Below, in pieces: positions 1-12,387 of a stretch of DNA of 64,000 nt. Numbering within the stretch: the stretch's first letter is position 1; each line of letters opens with the position of its first letter. The notes under the pieces are model-generated. The model saw nothing but the letters and a program-made list of their open reading frames with translations. It ran no database searches and was not told the DNA's origin. The stretch spans positions 74,648,001-74,712,000 of the forward strand of contig CM060733.1 in the NCBI GenBank assembly GCA_030704615.1, written 5' to 3'. Source of the DNA: Takakia lepidozioides. Lineage: Eukaryota > Plantae > Bryophyta. A program made the position numbers and the translations under genes.

Positions 1-107
1 CTTTTTTTTCCTGGGCCGGCCGGTGGGGGGGGGGGGTAGGGGAGAGGGGTGGGGGGGGGGGGCGGGGCGGGGTGGGTTTGGGGGGTTTGGGGGTGTGGGG
101 CAAGGGG

Positions 108-1458
108 ATGGACAGCGCCGCGCTTGATGATATCATAGCGCGGCTGCTGGATGTGCGAAGCGGGAGGCCAGGAAAGCAGGTGCAGCTGTCTGAGGCTGAG
201 ATCCGGCAGCTTTGCCTTGCTTCCAAAGACATTTTCTTGTCACAGCCTAATCTCCTTGAGCTTGAAGCCCCTATTAAAATATGTGGTACGTTCCCCTCTT
301 CTGATTTCCTATTGTTCATTTGAACTTAGGGCTTCTTTGGTGCTGCATGGGACAGTCTTGTATTGTTATGAGTAGGTTAGGGTTTCCGAATGTTTGGCTG
401 GAAGGTAGCTTAAGTGATAAGTTCCATCTATGTTTAGTGTGAGGATCATGGAACAAAACGGTTTTCGGGTGTGGTGGGGCTTTGAGGATGCAGGTGACAT
501 CCATGGACAGTATTCAGACCTGTTGAGACTGTTTGAGTATGGTGGTTTCCCACCAGAGGCCAATTACTTGTTTTTAGGGGACTATGTGGACCGTGGCAAA
601 CAGAGTCTAGAAACCATTTGCCTTCTTCTGGCATACAAGATCAAGTACCCAGAAAACTTCTTTTTGTTGAGGGGCAACCATGAGTGTGCATCTATCAACC
701 GAATATATGGCTTCTATGACGAATGTAAACGTCGATTCAACGTTCGATTGTGGAAGACATTCACAGATTGTTTCAACTGCTTGCCAGTGGCTGCGCTGAT
801 TGATGAGAAGATTTTATGCATGCATGGAGGGCTTTCTCCTGACCTGAAGAACTTGGACCAGATCAAGAAGATTCCTCGGCCAACAGATGTTCCCGATGCA
901 GGCCTGCTGTGTGATCTACTGTGGGCAGACCCGGACAAAGATGTACATGGTTGGGGTGAGAATGACCGAGGGGTGTCCTGGACCTTTGGCCCTGACACAG
1001 TGTCGGAGTTTCTTCAAAAGCACGACCTGGATCTTATCTGCCGGGCTCATCAGGTCACTACTGTCCATATTAACTCCAAAAATTTGTGCGACTGCTATTT
1101 TGGTCATTTAGTTATGGGTGATCTAAAAATCCCATTTAAGGGCCCTACTTGTGTAGGTTTGCATGGATGGCAGTTGGCTATGCTAGGGAGTGTTTGCCTG
1201 TGTGACAAATGATGGGCATTTGTGCAGGTGGTGGAAGATGGTTATGAGTTCTTTGCCAAGCGCCAGCTCGTCACAATATTCTCTGCCCCAAACTACTGTG
1301 GTGAATTTGACAATGCGGGTGCCATGATGAGTGTGGATGACACCCTCATGTGTTCATTTCAAATTCTAAAACCCGCCGAGAAAAAGCAAAAATTTCCCAC
1401 TTATGCCAACACCAATTCAGCAAGACCAGGCACCCCGCCACGTACTGTTAAGGTTTGA
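108..1458 (+). CDS. PP1: Serine/threonine protein phosphatase 1 catalytic subunit (plant TOPP-type); exons 108-285, 494-1053, 1228-1458 (last exon may instead splice at 1452)
   Basis: GT-AG introns join in frame to give [38 protein letters not shown] and SAPNYC, the canonical PPP/PP1 motifs. Confidence 0.96.
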
Positions 1459-2548
1459 GCTGGACTTCACTACTCTGTTCCTGCTCTAAGAGGGCCTATC
1501 TTGTTCCTGGTGGCAGTAGTAGCAAGCATTCTGTGGTGGGAGACAGGTCTTGTGGGTCAAGATATTTAGTGTAGCAGTTGTTTGTCACCATTTATTTGGT
1601 GCCTGCACATGCATGCATTGGTAAATAAATGTTCATCACTGAGACCCTTCTCTGGAAAGGGGTCCTGGGCTGTTCCTGAAATTCCGGTTGAGTTCTTGTG
1701 CACTTCTTGGCAAGCAGGTTGTTTCCAGTGTTTATGATGTTTTAAAATGCAGTACATGTTTGAGGTCAGTAAGAAGGGGTGCTATCAAGCCAAGGCATTG
1801 ACATTCAAGTTGTCCAAAATTCAATACAGGGGACCTCAGTCCATGGTTGTGGCAGCTATGTGGACCCAGGCCCAGTGTTCTTTAGTAGAATCACATTTCT
1901 TGATGTCGGTTGCTTGAAAAAATGAATCTGAATTACGAGTAAAAGACGCCCGATCATTTGTGGTTGGAAGTTGACATCATCAATCATGTCTTAACATTTG
2001 TCCCGATGTCGTTTTATACACACACAGCCTCTATTTAGGAGGTTTCTTTGGGGATAGTTGTGCAGATGTAACATCACTGCACTGCCTCTGCTTGGCTATA
2101 AGAGTGCATGCAGGGGTGGTGGAGGCCACCCCATTGATGGGTTCTTTGTCTTGAAAAGGCGCTTCTTTGACAAGGGGCATTGTTTTCCCTTCCCAGCTAT
2201 CACTGGACTACTCTTAGTGAAGGATATGTGCCAGTAATTGGTTGCCATCTCTTTCAGGATGTCATCATTCTGTGACATTCTACTATGAGTTGTGGGTTTT
2301 GCTTTGTTTGTTATGTTGTGTGCTGTTGATGTCTATCATGTGTAGGTGTGTGTTTTTGGGTGGGGTTTACTGGGGGAAAATGTCTGTGTCAGATGTAGAC
2401 CCTGAGCATGCGAGACAGGTTGCAAACGTAGCACTCCTGGTTCTCCATTCAGCTTCTCACTCTGAATTAGCCTGTTAGATAATGAGTGAGGAGGTTGTCC
2501 ATTGGCAAACTCTGATCATAAGGAAATAAAGGGTAAAACATTTCCACT

Positions 2549-2941
2549 GCAACCAGCTTTCGCGACTAGCGACCGGCCGGTACTGGCGGCATTGCGCCAG
2601 GCTTAAGACCTGCAGAACCTGCCTGCAATTGGTGAACAGCCAGTGCCAGTGTGCTCCCAACACCTGACCTGCACCTATGGGGTTACATGACTTCGAAGGC
2701 CCACCAGGATGGGGGTCTCCCACCAGATAATTCAAGGGCAGCCTGGAAAGAAGCCCTAGGCTTTGTGCCAAAATTTTGTGGTTATTTCCTGGTGGGCATT
2801 TCATGTAGACGGGTAGGTGGAGGTCAGGTCTCGGAAGCATGCTTGTGCTGCCCCTATGCCAATTGCAGGTAAGCCCTGTGGGTCCTATGCATACAGGGCC
2901 GCTTGCACCAGCCAGTTTTACTGGTCATGACAGCGAGTTGC
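2549..2941. mobile_element. Possible degenerate MITE
   Basis: Imperfect inverted ends gcaaccagctttcgcgactag / ctggtcatgacagcgagttgc; internal cctgca/gcaggt motifs. No clear TSD. Confidence 0.3.
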
Positions 2942-4990
2942 TTTGACCTTCATTAGGTGGTGGACTGGTTGTAATGGAGACAAACCCTAAGCTTGGTGCT
3001 TCTCCTCTAAAGCGCCTGCTATTGTAAGCACGGTTTGTGGTGCAATACAATTTTTGAAGGTTTATCTCTTAAGTCCGAAGATGTAGGGCTGCAGGTTCGT
3101 GAGATAAGGTGAATGATGTGGCCATCAATTGATTGTGGCAATTTTGGTTGGGACAGCCATACCAGGGGGGGAAGGGTTAGACCAAGCAACATGAACTGTG
3201 GTCGCCAATGCGAGAATGGGAGCTGTTGCTGATGCAAGATTCAGTGATGATTGTGTGCAAGGTTGGCTTTTGCAGTTCTGTGTGGTGCTGGATCAAGTGC
3301 AGACGATGCAGCTTGCATGCACGTAAAGGCACATGCGTACTCACACACATGCATGCACACATATCATAGCGTAGTGTGAGGGGAGCTGGAGGAGGTGCCT
3401 CCCTAGAGCACTTGGGAGTAAGGAGGCAGAACCTGTAGCTGTATAAGCTTGCTAAGCAAGAGATTTGGTAGGGTGCTGAGTTGGAATTGGTCAGGTAAAT
3501 GCCTCCTATGGTCTGCCATGCACCAATTATGGCATGTGTTGCATGTACATTAGTGAGCACGTGCACCTGGTTTCAAGTCATTCCACTTCATTTTATGTCA
3601 TTTGGGTTTTGGATTTGAGCTTTATTGCAGTTTGCAATCTGCTTACCCGCTTCTGTTTGTGTAGCAATGATGTGTTCAGCTTTATTGCAATGTGTTGCTT
3701 CAAGTATTGTCAACATCGAGGAAACTAGAGAGGATGTTATCTCTCCTCTGTATGTATTATTTTGGGGAGTGGAGGTTGTGTGGATTTCTCAATGGAAACT
3801 CGGGAGAGATTGGCTATGTTATTGTGGTCATAGTCTTGGGGGACTCCACTAGTCTTGATCTGCTTGGAGGTTGTGGAGAATTCTTGGAACTATGAGCTTT
3901 GTCTGTGTTACATGTTGCGTTTAGGATGGATGTATGTGCAGATGCGAGAGTTATCGTGACCCTTTGGAAGTCAGTGATTGTGTCAGTTAATTATTCCTTT
4001 ATGAGTGACTTGGTATGGTAGTCTGCTGTAACACTTGCTCACCCGACGAATGGACCTACACAGTTTTTGTCAATCTTTTCAGGGTGGATTGTAGTGAGGA
4101 GTCGAAAGACTAGTTGCTGCCCATCTTCCCCACATGCTGGCTACTTGGCTTAATGGACAGGTAACTTCTTTATGAGTAATGATTTGTCTCCATGAGTTGG
4201 GGTTTGACCTGCACAATCCTCATCTCGAATAGTGTTTTGACGGTGGTGTCCCAACAGAGAAAGGTGGGTAAGAGCAGCACTGTTGGATCCACGATCTGGG
4301 TCTCCTATCCTGATGTGTTACACCAGTTACACTCCCATTAACTGACAGAGTCAATTGCCTGGAAATGTTGGCTATGGCTGCAATGCCCACTCTAGCTGTA
4401 TTTCTTAACAATAATAAGTAGAAGCACTGCAACAGCCTGGTGGTAGTGTCAGTGCCACAATTCAGCTGTCTTGCTCAGAAGGCTAGCTACATATGTAAAC
4501 GAAATCTGCACACTACAATCTCACGTCTGTAAACGAAATATTTGCAGTACTCAACCCACACAAAATACAATGGCTGGAAATGTCATCATGGAAATTTGCA
4601 ATGGGGAGGGAGGGGACCTGTGTTGGATTGGGTGAAATGTAAGGTAGAGGCTAGCATAGAAGTAGGAGGGTGGGCCCTCCTTCTAGTTCTAGAGCTTTCC
4701 ATAAACAGGGTGAGGTGGTGGGCCCATCTCCACCACCGTCGTAGGCTAAATTGGGCAAAATTCTACAGGGTTTCTTCTGCCTCCACCTCACTTAGGTAGG
4801 CTCTGCAAGCAGGGCCACCTTAAAAAAAGTAAAGTTGGAACCTACACCATCTTCAAATGAATAGAAATGTCAACAATAACTGATTATGAATAAGGGGCCC
4901 AGGTTTGAAAGGGGGTGTGGGGATTAGAGAGTGGTCCAGGAATTATGAAGCGGGAGTTATAGTAACTACAACAGGAGTTCAATTAATAAT

Positions 4991-5315
4991 TGTCATGTAA
5001 AGGGGGGGAGGAAAAGAAAGGCAGGAAGGTAAGACCTATTAAATAGGGGATGGTTCATGGTTAGATTGGGGTAAGCAGGCGTGGTGGTTTCTAGGAGTGA
5101 CGTGTGTCGGGGCAGCCTTCTAGAAGGTCCCACCCCTTCAGGGGTCGGCGGCCTTCTAGAAGGGTCCCACCGCCCCACTAGGGTATATAAAGAGAGCGGG
5201 GCTCTCTTCCCCTGTGCATCTTACTATCTATTCATACTACTTATTACTTACTACATACTAGTACCTAGGGGGCTCTGCACACGCAGGGCCCCAAAAAAAA
5301 ATGCAAACCATGACA
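4991..5315 (+). mobile_element. Solo LTR candidate (325 bp)
   Basis: Ends TGTCATG...CATGACA (7-bp inverted), flanked by TAAT/TAAT; internal duplicated motif gccttctagaagg-tcccacc followed by a TATA-like GTATATAAA. Confidence 0.6.
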
Positions 5316-6179
5316 TAATAAATTAATAGAAGTAGAGGTAATGATGAATTATAGAGCACACTGCTATACCTAAAGAGGACGTGGCTTGGAATAAACATCC
5401 CTTGTGACAATTTCTGCTATTCAAGTTGCTTGCCTACAAATTCAATCCCTAAGAGCCCACTGAGCCTGTTTTGGGCTTTGGCTGATGGTTATTGTTCCAT
5501 ATCTTGCTCAATACTAGGCCAAATGGAGTAAAAATTGGGGCATGGTGTGGTCTGCCACTTGGCACACATCCATGTGCACCATGATTGAGATGGATCAGGG
5601 TTAGGGCTGCAACATTATGTTTCATCCCAACAGGGGTCCTAAGAGCCATTATGCAGTTTAAGTTTTTGGCTTCTCCATGCTTTCTCCTCGTTCCTATGCG
5701 ATCGCAATTTCTGTTGCAGTCGGCCTCGTGAGTTCCCGCGCGATCTGCATTCACGCCACATGCGGAGCATCCTTCGTGCCTCATTCTCTACCAGTAGATT
5801 GAAGTGCATGTCAGGGAAAATCCCATGCGTGCTGCAGGGAGCCGTTGTCTTCACCTTCTTTCATGTTGGTTCTTTCTGTTTCCTTGCATGTTGCATTCAT
5901 TTGTGATTTGTGGGCTTGGCATTGAAAACAAATCACTATCTTGAGAAAAGAAAGGTAGACATTGGGAAAAGGTATTTGTGACGATGATCAACTCTTGGTG
6001 GCTCTTGTCAGTTCTTGTCCCTCTTCACTGTTAGTAGATACATGGGGCTGGTGGACGATCATCCTCCCCCTATACCTTCTCATTTGGAAGCAAAGGCTTG
6101 TATCATCGCAGCTTGGGCACAAAGCTTAGGCGCATCCGAGGAGCAGATTAGCAAGTTGCAAAGGTGTTCTAAGTGAAGA

Positions 6180-6409
6180 CTAAACACAGCCCCACCAATA
6201 AGCACATCATAAGACATCGCGTCCGTAACAATGGCTTTAGCTCTCATGACTGAGCCGTCCGTAGGATGATCCGGCTGTAATTGAATGAAGAGCTGATGGC
6301 GTGTAATCCCCCGCGCCTTCTCTGAACCACCCAATGATGTTTGAATTTGGAAAGGGCAAGGCTCCAAGTCCGCCTCTGTAAGGCCCAAGCCTGCAATTGC
6401 TGCTCTCCC
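6180..6409 (-). pseudogene. Aspartic protease-region fragment of the DNMT-bearing Gypsy family
   Basis: GRAAIAGLGLTEADLEPCPFQIQTSLGG...YDVLIGG matches the protease region at 23215-23440. Confidence 0.85.
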
Positions 6410-7331
6410 TGTCAAGTTAAATAAGCACAGTGTGAAAACAACTAGAATAAACCTAGTTATTTGTATTTAACACTTGGATTTAGGTCAAGTGTTAAATCAG
6501 GTGTCAAGTTTAGTTTGACACCTGAACCGCCTTATCTTCACGAGAGCGGCAGTCGCGTAGCTCATCTCTCTCGAGTTGAGCCTGCGCGACCGAGCTCCTT
6601 CATGCGTTTAGATCTGAGTGTGCTTATGATGGGAGTGTAGGTTGTTGTGGGGTGGAGTCCCCATAGCTTGGGGTGCCCCTGGCTCGACTTCTATTTTTAA
6701 AGAGTGATAGCGATGGATTTCATATTTCTTGTGTTGAGAGTGTGTGTCCTTTTAGCTTGTTTATCACTCGAGAGAGATGAGGCTTGCATCTGTGAGTGCC
6801 AGAGGTGAGTTTAGTTTTAGCACTTTTTGTTTTTGTTTTAAAAGTGAGAGAAGCGATTTGTTGAAAGAAGGTGAGCAATGCTTGGAAGGGTGTGCAAGTG
6901 CAGGTGGGGCGAGACGATGCCATCTGTTTGTTTATTTTATGATTTGAGCCTATGATGAGAAGGCAAGTGAAGCTGCCAGCAACGTCCAAGGCGTTGTTTC
7001 AAGAGGCACAGGAGGCCTGTGGGCTAGTTGGGGGAGAAGGATTATGTGGGCTGTGCATAAGGGGTACTAGCTGGGCAGCAGTGAAAGTACCGTAGTAGAT
7101 GGTATAAATGTTAAGAGTTCCATTTGTCCCTACAAGAACGGGCCCATCGTGATAAGGCACAATGATGGGGGTTGGGTTTACAAGGAACTTAGAACTCCCT
7201 ATAGCTGTCGCAGTGGTCGGATGAATCGTGCTAAGAGTGCAAAGCCAGACAACGGGCTTTTAACCTTCGAGACTCCTCACAGTGGCGTTGAGCTCACTCA
7301 GACTGAAGTCGGCGTGGAGAGCAAACCCACA

Positions 7332-7617
7332 TGGAAATGGAGGTTGGTGATCTCCTATGATGGCACCAATTACTCAGGGTGGCAACTGTAGCCAAGGGCA
7401 AACGGTGTGACAGTGCAGTACTTGGTAGAGGATGCACTGGCCAAGGTGACCAGATGCACATGTGATCAGCTGCTTCTTTGCGCTGCAGGCCGCACAGATG
7501 CTGGTGTTCATGCATGGGGTCAGGTGGCTCATTTTGTGACTCCATATTGCTTTGACCAGTTACAATTCTCGCATACATCCCTGAATGGCATTCTGCCCTA
7601 TGACATTCAAGTACGAG
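7332..7617 (+). pseudogene. Captured intronless fragment of TruA-family tRNA pseudouridine synthase
   Basis: WKWRLVISYDGTNYSGWQ...TVQ...AGRTDAGVHAWGQVAHF...[12 protein letters not shown]; one in-frame stop at 7389-7391. Confidence 0.9.
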
Positions 7618-7858
7618 GGGTGTCCACAGTGAGGGCAATGGCCTTAAAACCTGCACGCTCTGCTCGGCGTACCAATTGTGCAACCACATTTCTGCCCTTG
7701 TATATGTAAAGCTGGAAGAAGTGGATGCCAGGACCTACTGATGCAACCTCTTCAACACTGCTGGTTGCCCAGGACGACAGGGTCATGACTATGCCAGCAG
7801 CAGATACTGCTCTTGCAGTGGCCAGCTCACCGTCAGGGTGAGCCATCCTCTGCACGGC
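7613..7858 (-). pseudogene. Captured intronless fragment of glycolate oxidase / (S)-2-hydroxy-acid oxidase
   Basis: [80 protein letters not shown]. Confidence 0.93.
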
Positions 7859-8249
7859 AAGACTTGTCGAGCCTGGTTGCAAGGCTGACAGACCATTGGA
7901 AGATTCACCTAATGAGGACGATGCTATTTCCGACTGAAGCAAGTTAGAGAAAGACATTGACGGATCAAGAGAAGACAACCGTGAGACAGGCTGCGAAGCT
8001 AAAGCTGGAGGAGAGGAGAAAGCTGCGGAATCGGAGACCAAAGGGGGTGTCCGTACCATTTGACTAATATTAGGGGAAGCAAAAGTAAAGGTGAAGACCG
8101 CAAGGAGAGTACGAGACTGCAGGCCGTGTCAAGAGAGAAAGGGCGGACAATGCTGTGTAATCTTCCTGCGAGACAGAGGGGGTGCAATGACGAAAGACTT
8201 TCAGAAAAAGGAGACCAACTAGAATTTGATGCTGAATCCAAAAAAGAGA

Positions 8250-8592
8250 TGGTGGCAACATCAGACTCAAGCCAGCCATTGAGATCAGCAGCGTGTTTGT
8301 TCCACAACACACAACGCATGTTACAATCAACAGCAAACGCAGGAACCGGCAGCTCATCGACATAGACAAACGCATCAGTGCCGAAGGCTTTCTCCCCCGT
8401 AACTGGAATGGGCCGGGGACCCGCAAGCTCCAGCACAAAGTCCAGTGCTTCCCGCTGGTAATCCTCCTCAGTGAGTTTATCGTTAGCCACCAAGGCCTCG
8501 AACAGACTGTGAGTGACCCCTCGCCTGTACATGGCGTCCATAAACATGTCTTTCTTCCCCCTCTCTTGGTACGCAAGCCTGCAAGCAATCAC
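8250..8592 (-). pseudogene. Captured fragment with start of a PAS-like domain
   Basis: VDELPVPAFAVDCNMRCVLWNKHAADLNGW fits the PAS N-terminal pattern; the parent gene is not identified. Confidence 0.55.
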
Positions 8593-9162
8593 GGAATGTT
8601 AACACCACTCTCTCTCACAGCAAGACACTATTGAGTGCCACAGTTCCCTCCCTCTCTCTCTCTCACTCTCGGTATGCAGAAGACTGGAGCAAGGTGTGCT
8701 GTCACTAGAAAGTCACTGGTAACGAAGAGCTGTGGGGGGTGCATTTGTAAACACAACTGAAATCCTAGGAATTATAGGGCACGTGGCCAGGGAACCTAGG
8801 AAACCATATAGAACGTAGGGAACCGGGAACCAGTTACCAGATAGTTTGGGTGTAACTTTAAATTTTTAAATTTGAAAACCTTAAAAAAAAAAAAAAAAAA
8901 GCAGGGCATTTTGATCTAATTTAAATGATTTAAAGCCAAATTGGTCAAATCTTTGTCAAATGGACTCTGTTTGACCCAGTTTTTGGGGGGATAGCTGCAG
9001 AAAGGGGATATCTACCTATCTAGACCTGGTTTTTGTTTTTGGGACTCTGCTAGAAATCTATGGAATTTTTAGAGTGTGAGTGTGCCATGAAAGATCCACA
9101 ATCCTATTTCTAGAACCTGTTCTGGTCTACATGAGAGATAAATCTGGGGATGTATTCCTTGT

Positions 9163-9911
9163 ATGGCTGGGGGAAATGAGGACATAATTGAAGGGCAGGT
9201 CTTTTCTCTTAGCCTGTGCACCCAAGGGGACAAGATTTATGTTTCCCAAGGAACTCAGACTGATTTGAGTGGAGAACAGTTGGACGAGTTGATTGCATAC
9301 TGGGAGTCAGGCATTAGCAGTGGACAACAAAATGCTGTAGTTGGCGTTGAGGGCCTCAATATTGCTTTGGACAGTCAGAACTCTGTTGGAGCCAGCAGTT
9401 CTGCAGCTGTAAGTGAAATACCAAAGTGGGTGAGAGCTAGGCTTGGAACACAGCCAAAGACAGCCCCGGGACCAAGGTGTTCAGCCACAAGGCCGTGGTG
9501 TATTGGAGTAGAGGAGCAGGAGCTACACAAGTTTGTGCAATCAGACAGCGTTGCAGCCGGACACGCTCTGCACAAGGCAACCACAAGCGGGGGTTCATTA
9601 GCGAGGACAAGTTTGTTCTGTTCTGTGGAGATGCAGTCATTCGCAATGAGGACACCCGCAACCGTCTCAAAGCTTTCGAGTTGAGAGACTATCAGACCCT
9701 ACCTTTGTTTTCTTTAGTGTTCAGTGAGCGGGAGATAGCAGAGTGTTGCTTTGTCTCTACCTGGCATAAAGAGGAGGAGGGTTGGTTAGAGCGAGCTACT
9801 GTAGCTTGGGACAAGGTTAGTGGCAGGTTTCTGGACATAGATATACCTCCTACACCTTACCATCATGCAGAGCGAGGTACTTTGAGAGAAGTCTGGCAGT
9901 TGATAGCATAG
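9163..9911 (+). pseudogene. Unknown frameshifted ORF in retroelement leader
   Basis: Overlapping ORFs of 173 aa and 144 aa upstream of gag; no recognisable motif. Confidence 0.35.
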
Positions 9912-10431
9912 ATCAGGATTAGATCTTGCTTGGTCGGCCTTCTATTCTTCCCCTCCATCTCTGTACTATTTTCATTACCTTGTACTTGTAGTTGCCAAAG
10001 CCTCTCTTGGTGGAGGCCAGTCAGTCCGGGGTTTTGGGCTGGGCTATTCTACAGGATCAGCATTGCAGCTAGATTTTGGTGTGGGGGTGTTGATGTTTTG
10101 ATTTCTTGTGTTTGGATCCCCCCCAACACCTGCATGCTTGACTGTGCACCATGTTGGTTTTGTGTGGGCGCTTGCTTTCATAGGGATTAGGCCGGATTTG
10201 ATCACCGGTCAATCCTAGAGTATGCTGTCGGTGGTGAGGCTGGAGTGATGACCAGCAAGACCACCAGTGTTTCTTCTATGGTGAGGCTGGGTTGATGACC
10301 AGCCAACCATAGGAGTTCTTGCGGTGGATGCAGGTGCAGGTGCCTTGAGCCATTGGGATATGACCCTTAAACTGCAACAGGTGCCCACCCGTGCCACTAT
10401 TAGAATTAGTACTAGAGCCCTATAGTGTCAC

Positions 10432-12202
10432 GTGGGGGAGGTGCACATTGTGAGTATCATAACGGAGTTACCCAAGGGTTTTGAGGGGAGTACGGCTACA
10501 GGTAGTAGCAGTGAGAGTGGGTTCACCAGACGAGGTGTTCGTTTCAGACCACCTCCACCCTCAACTAGTGCAGAGTCAGACACAGACTCGGAGGCTTCAT
10601 CAACAGGTGTGCAGTTTCATTCGCCATTGTTGTGGGACGACATAGAGGAGATGTATGGAGCTACCAAGGGGCCTTGTAGGTACTCTGGAGCTGTGGGCAC
10701 AATCGAGTTGGATGACTTTTTCCAGGAGTTTGACAGCTGGTGTGATTTGCAGCAGATGCGCAATCCACAGCTATTCACCCCATTCATGGCGTGGAAGGGA
10801 CTGTTCCAGCATTTGGAAGGCCCGCCTATGGACGATTACCACGAGTTCAGGCGAGGACATGAAGCAGAGATTGAGGAGTGAAGGATGTATTGGTCACCTG
10901 ACTACGTCTCCATTACTCGAGGCACGATGCGACCAGTAGCTGCATCAGTACCAATATCTCCCACTGCCAGCACTAGTAGTGGAACAAGTAGTGTCGGTAC
11001 TTCTGCAGGTGGTACCAGTTCAAAAGGTGCTACTACTCCTCCTGCCACGACTACAACACATGTGCCTAGATTCAACCCGGTGGTGGAGTTCTTCCAGGAG
11101 TTGCGGAGGAACTACCAAGGTGTACGGACAGAGAAGCTGCGAAGTTTGCAAGACTTCCAGCGCAAACCCAATGAGAGCCTGCGAGAGGCGTACACTCGTA
11201 TGAGGCGCTTGATAAGTGTGACCCAAGGGATTACTGAAGCTCAGGCAATCCAGTTCTGGTATGGAATTTTGGACAAGGAGCTCAGGAGAAGGGTGCGGGA
11301 CGCAACCCTGTTACAAGCAGCCCAACCCACATTAGTAGATGTGTTTCTGCTGGCTGAGCGGATTGAGCTCAACATGGTGGAGGAGCGAGTTGTTACCATT
11401 GGATGTGGCAAGGACATGCCTGCACGAGGCGCAGCTGCCAGCCCACAGGCACAAGGGACTGCCCAACAGCGTGGTCAGTGGGGCAAGGTTTCCCAACCCA
11501 AGTTTCATGGAGCTTACAGGGGACCTCAGGTGCAGAGGCCCATGGCATCTTTTGCAGGCCAACAGCAACCAGGGGTGATATGTTGGACATGTGGAGGACC
11601 CCATGTCAAGAAAGATTGCCCAGAGAGTGACAGAAGGCCGGCACAAGCATAGCCTGCATAGTTGCAGTGTGGGCATTGTGGCAAGTATGGGCATGGAGAT
11701 GCCTAGTGTTATGGCTTGCATCCTGAGTTGCGCCCAGGCCAGTTCCAAGGGAACAATGGTGGCCAGAGGCGAGGTGGACCAGCCCAGAGAGGACGAGGTG
11801 GTCGGGCACGAGGTGCAGGCCAAGGGCAAGCTCAACATGGCCAAGGACGCGGAGGTCAGGGTGTTGACCAAGGCATGGCCAACCGGCTTCAGCAGCTAGA
11901 GCAGAGGCTCGTTGCCATGGCTACAGCTCAGGCGGTACCGGCTCCCAGGCGGGATGGTCCACCTCCTGCGCCTGAGGGAGGAGATATGGGAGGCATGACA
12001 TTCATGTGCGGAGCAGCACTACCACTAGTGCAGGTGGAGTCTGCTGCAGCCGTGACTCGAGGAGTAGCACGAGTTCCTGAGCCACGAGGTGCAGAGGTGG
12101 AATTGGATCCACAGCGTGGGGAGGCAAGCCGTCAGGCGAGGATTCCTCAGTCATTCACATTGGCGGAGACAGTGTCGACGCCATCCATGGCACCTAGTTC
12201 TC
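10432..12202 (+). pseudogene. gag: Gag (capsid-like region plus two zinc knuckles), disrupted and truncated
   Basis: FQRKPNESLREAYTRMRRL, CWTCGGPHVKKDC, CGHCGKYGH; stops at 10879 and 11650. Confidence 0.85.
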
Positions 12203-12387
12203 ACCAATATATGACTCCATTTGGGCCCACACAACGCAAGCATATAAGTAATGACTATATATATGTCTTTATGGCATATATGACAGAATGTCCGAGATGA
12301 CAGGGCTTTTTGGACTACATAGTCATGTAGTCATATCGGGCAGTTATGACTCAAAATGTAGTCATAAAACACGATTTTTTTGTAATG
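12203..12387. mobile_element. Probable CACTA/EnSpm terminal remnant
   Basis: Subterminal ATGACT/AGTCAT repeats ending TTTTTTTGTAATG, which equals the CACTACAAAA terminus with one transition; gag homology stops exactly at its left edge. Confidence 0.5.

Larger units (their letters stand above)
6410..12202 (+). mobile_element. 3'-truncated diverged relative of the DNMT-Gypsy element (repeat A 6410-6766, leader with captured gene fragments, gag)
   Basis: Starts TGTCAAGTT like 18353 and 47908; same hairpin series; 10010-10400 is homologous to 20567-20950; gag is homologous to 21000-22740. Confidence 0.85.

Noticed and set aside
20-107. G-quadruplex or GTG-initiated N-terminal extension of PP1
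   Set aside because: Long G runs at the window edge may be low-quality sequence; ATG 108 gives a normal PP1 start.
7149-8059. Functional TruA or glycolate oxidase genes
   Set aside because: Both are partial and fused to unrelated sequence inside a retroelement; the TruA piece also has an in-frame stop.
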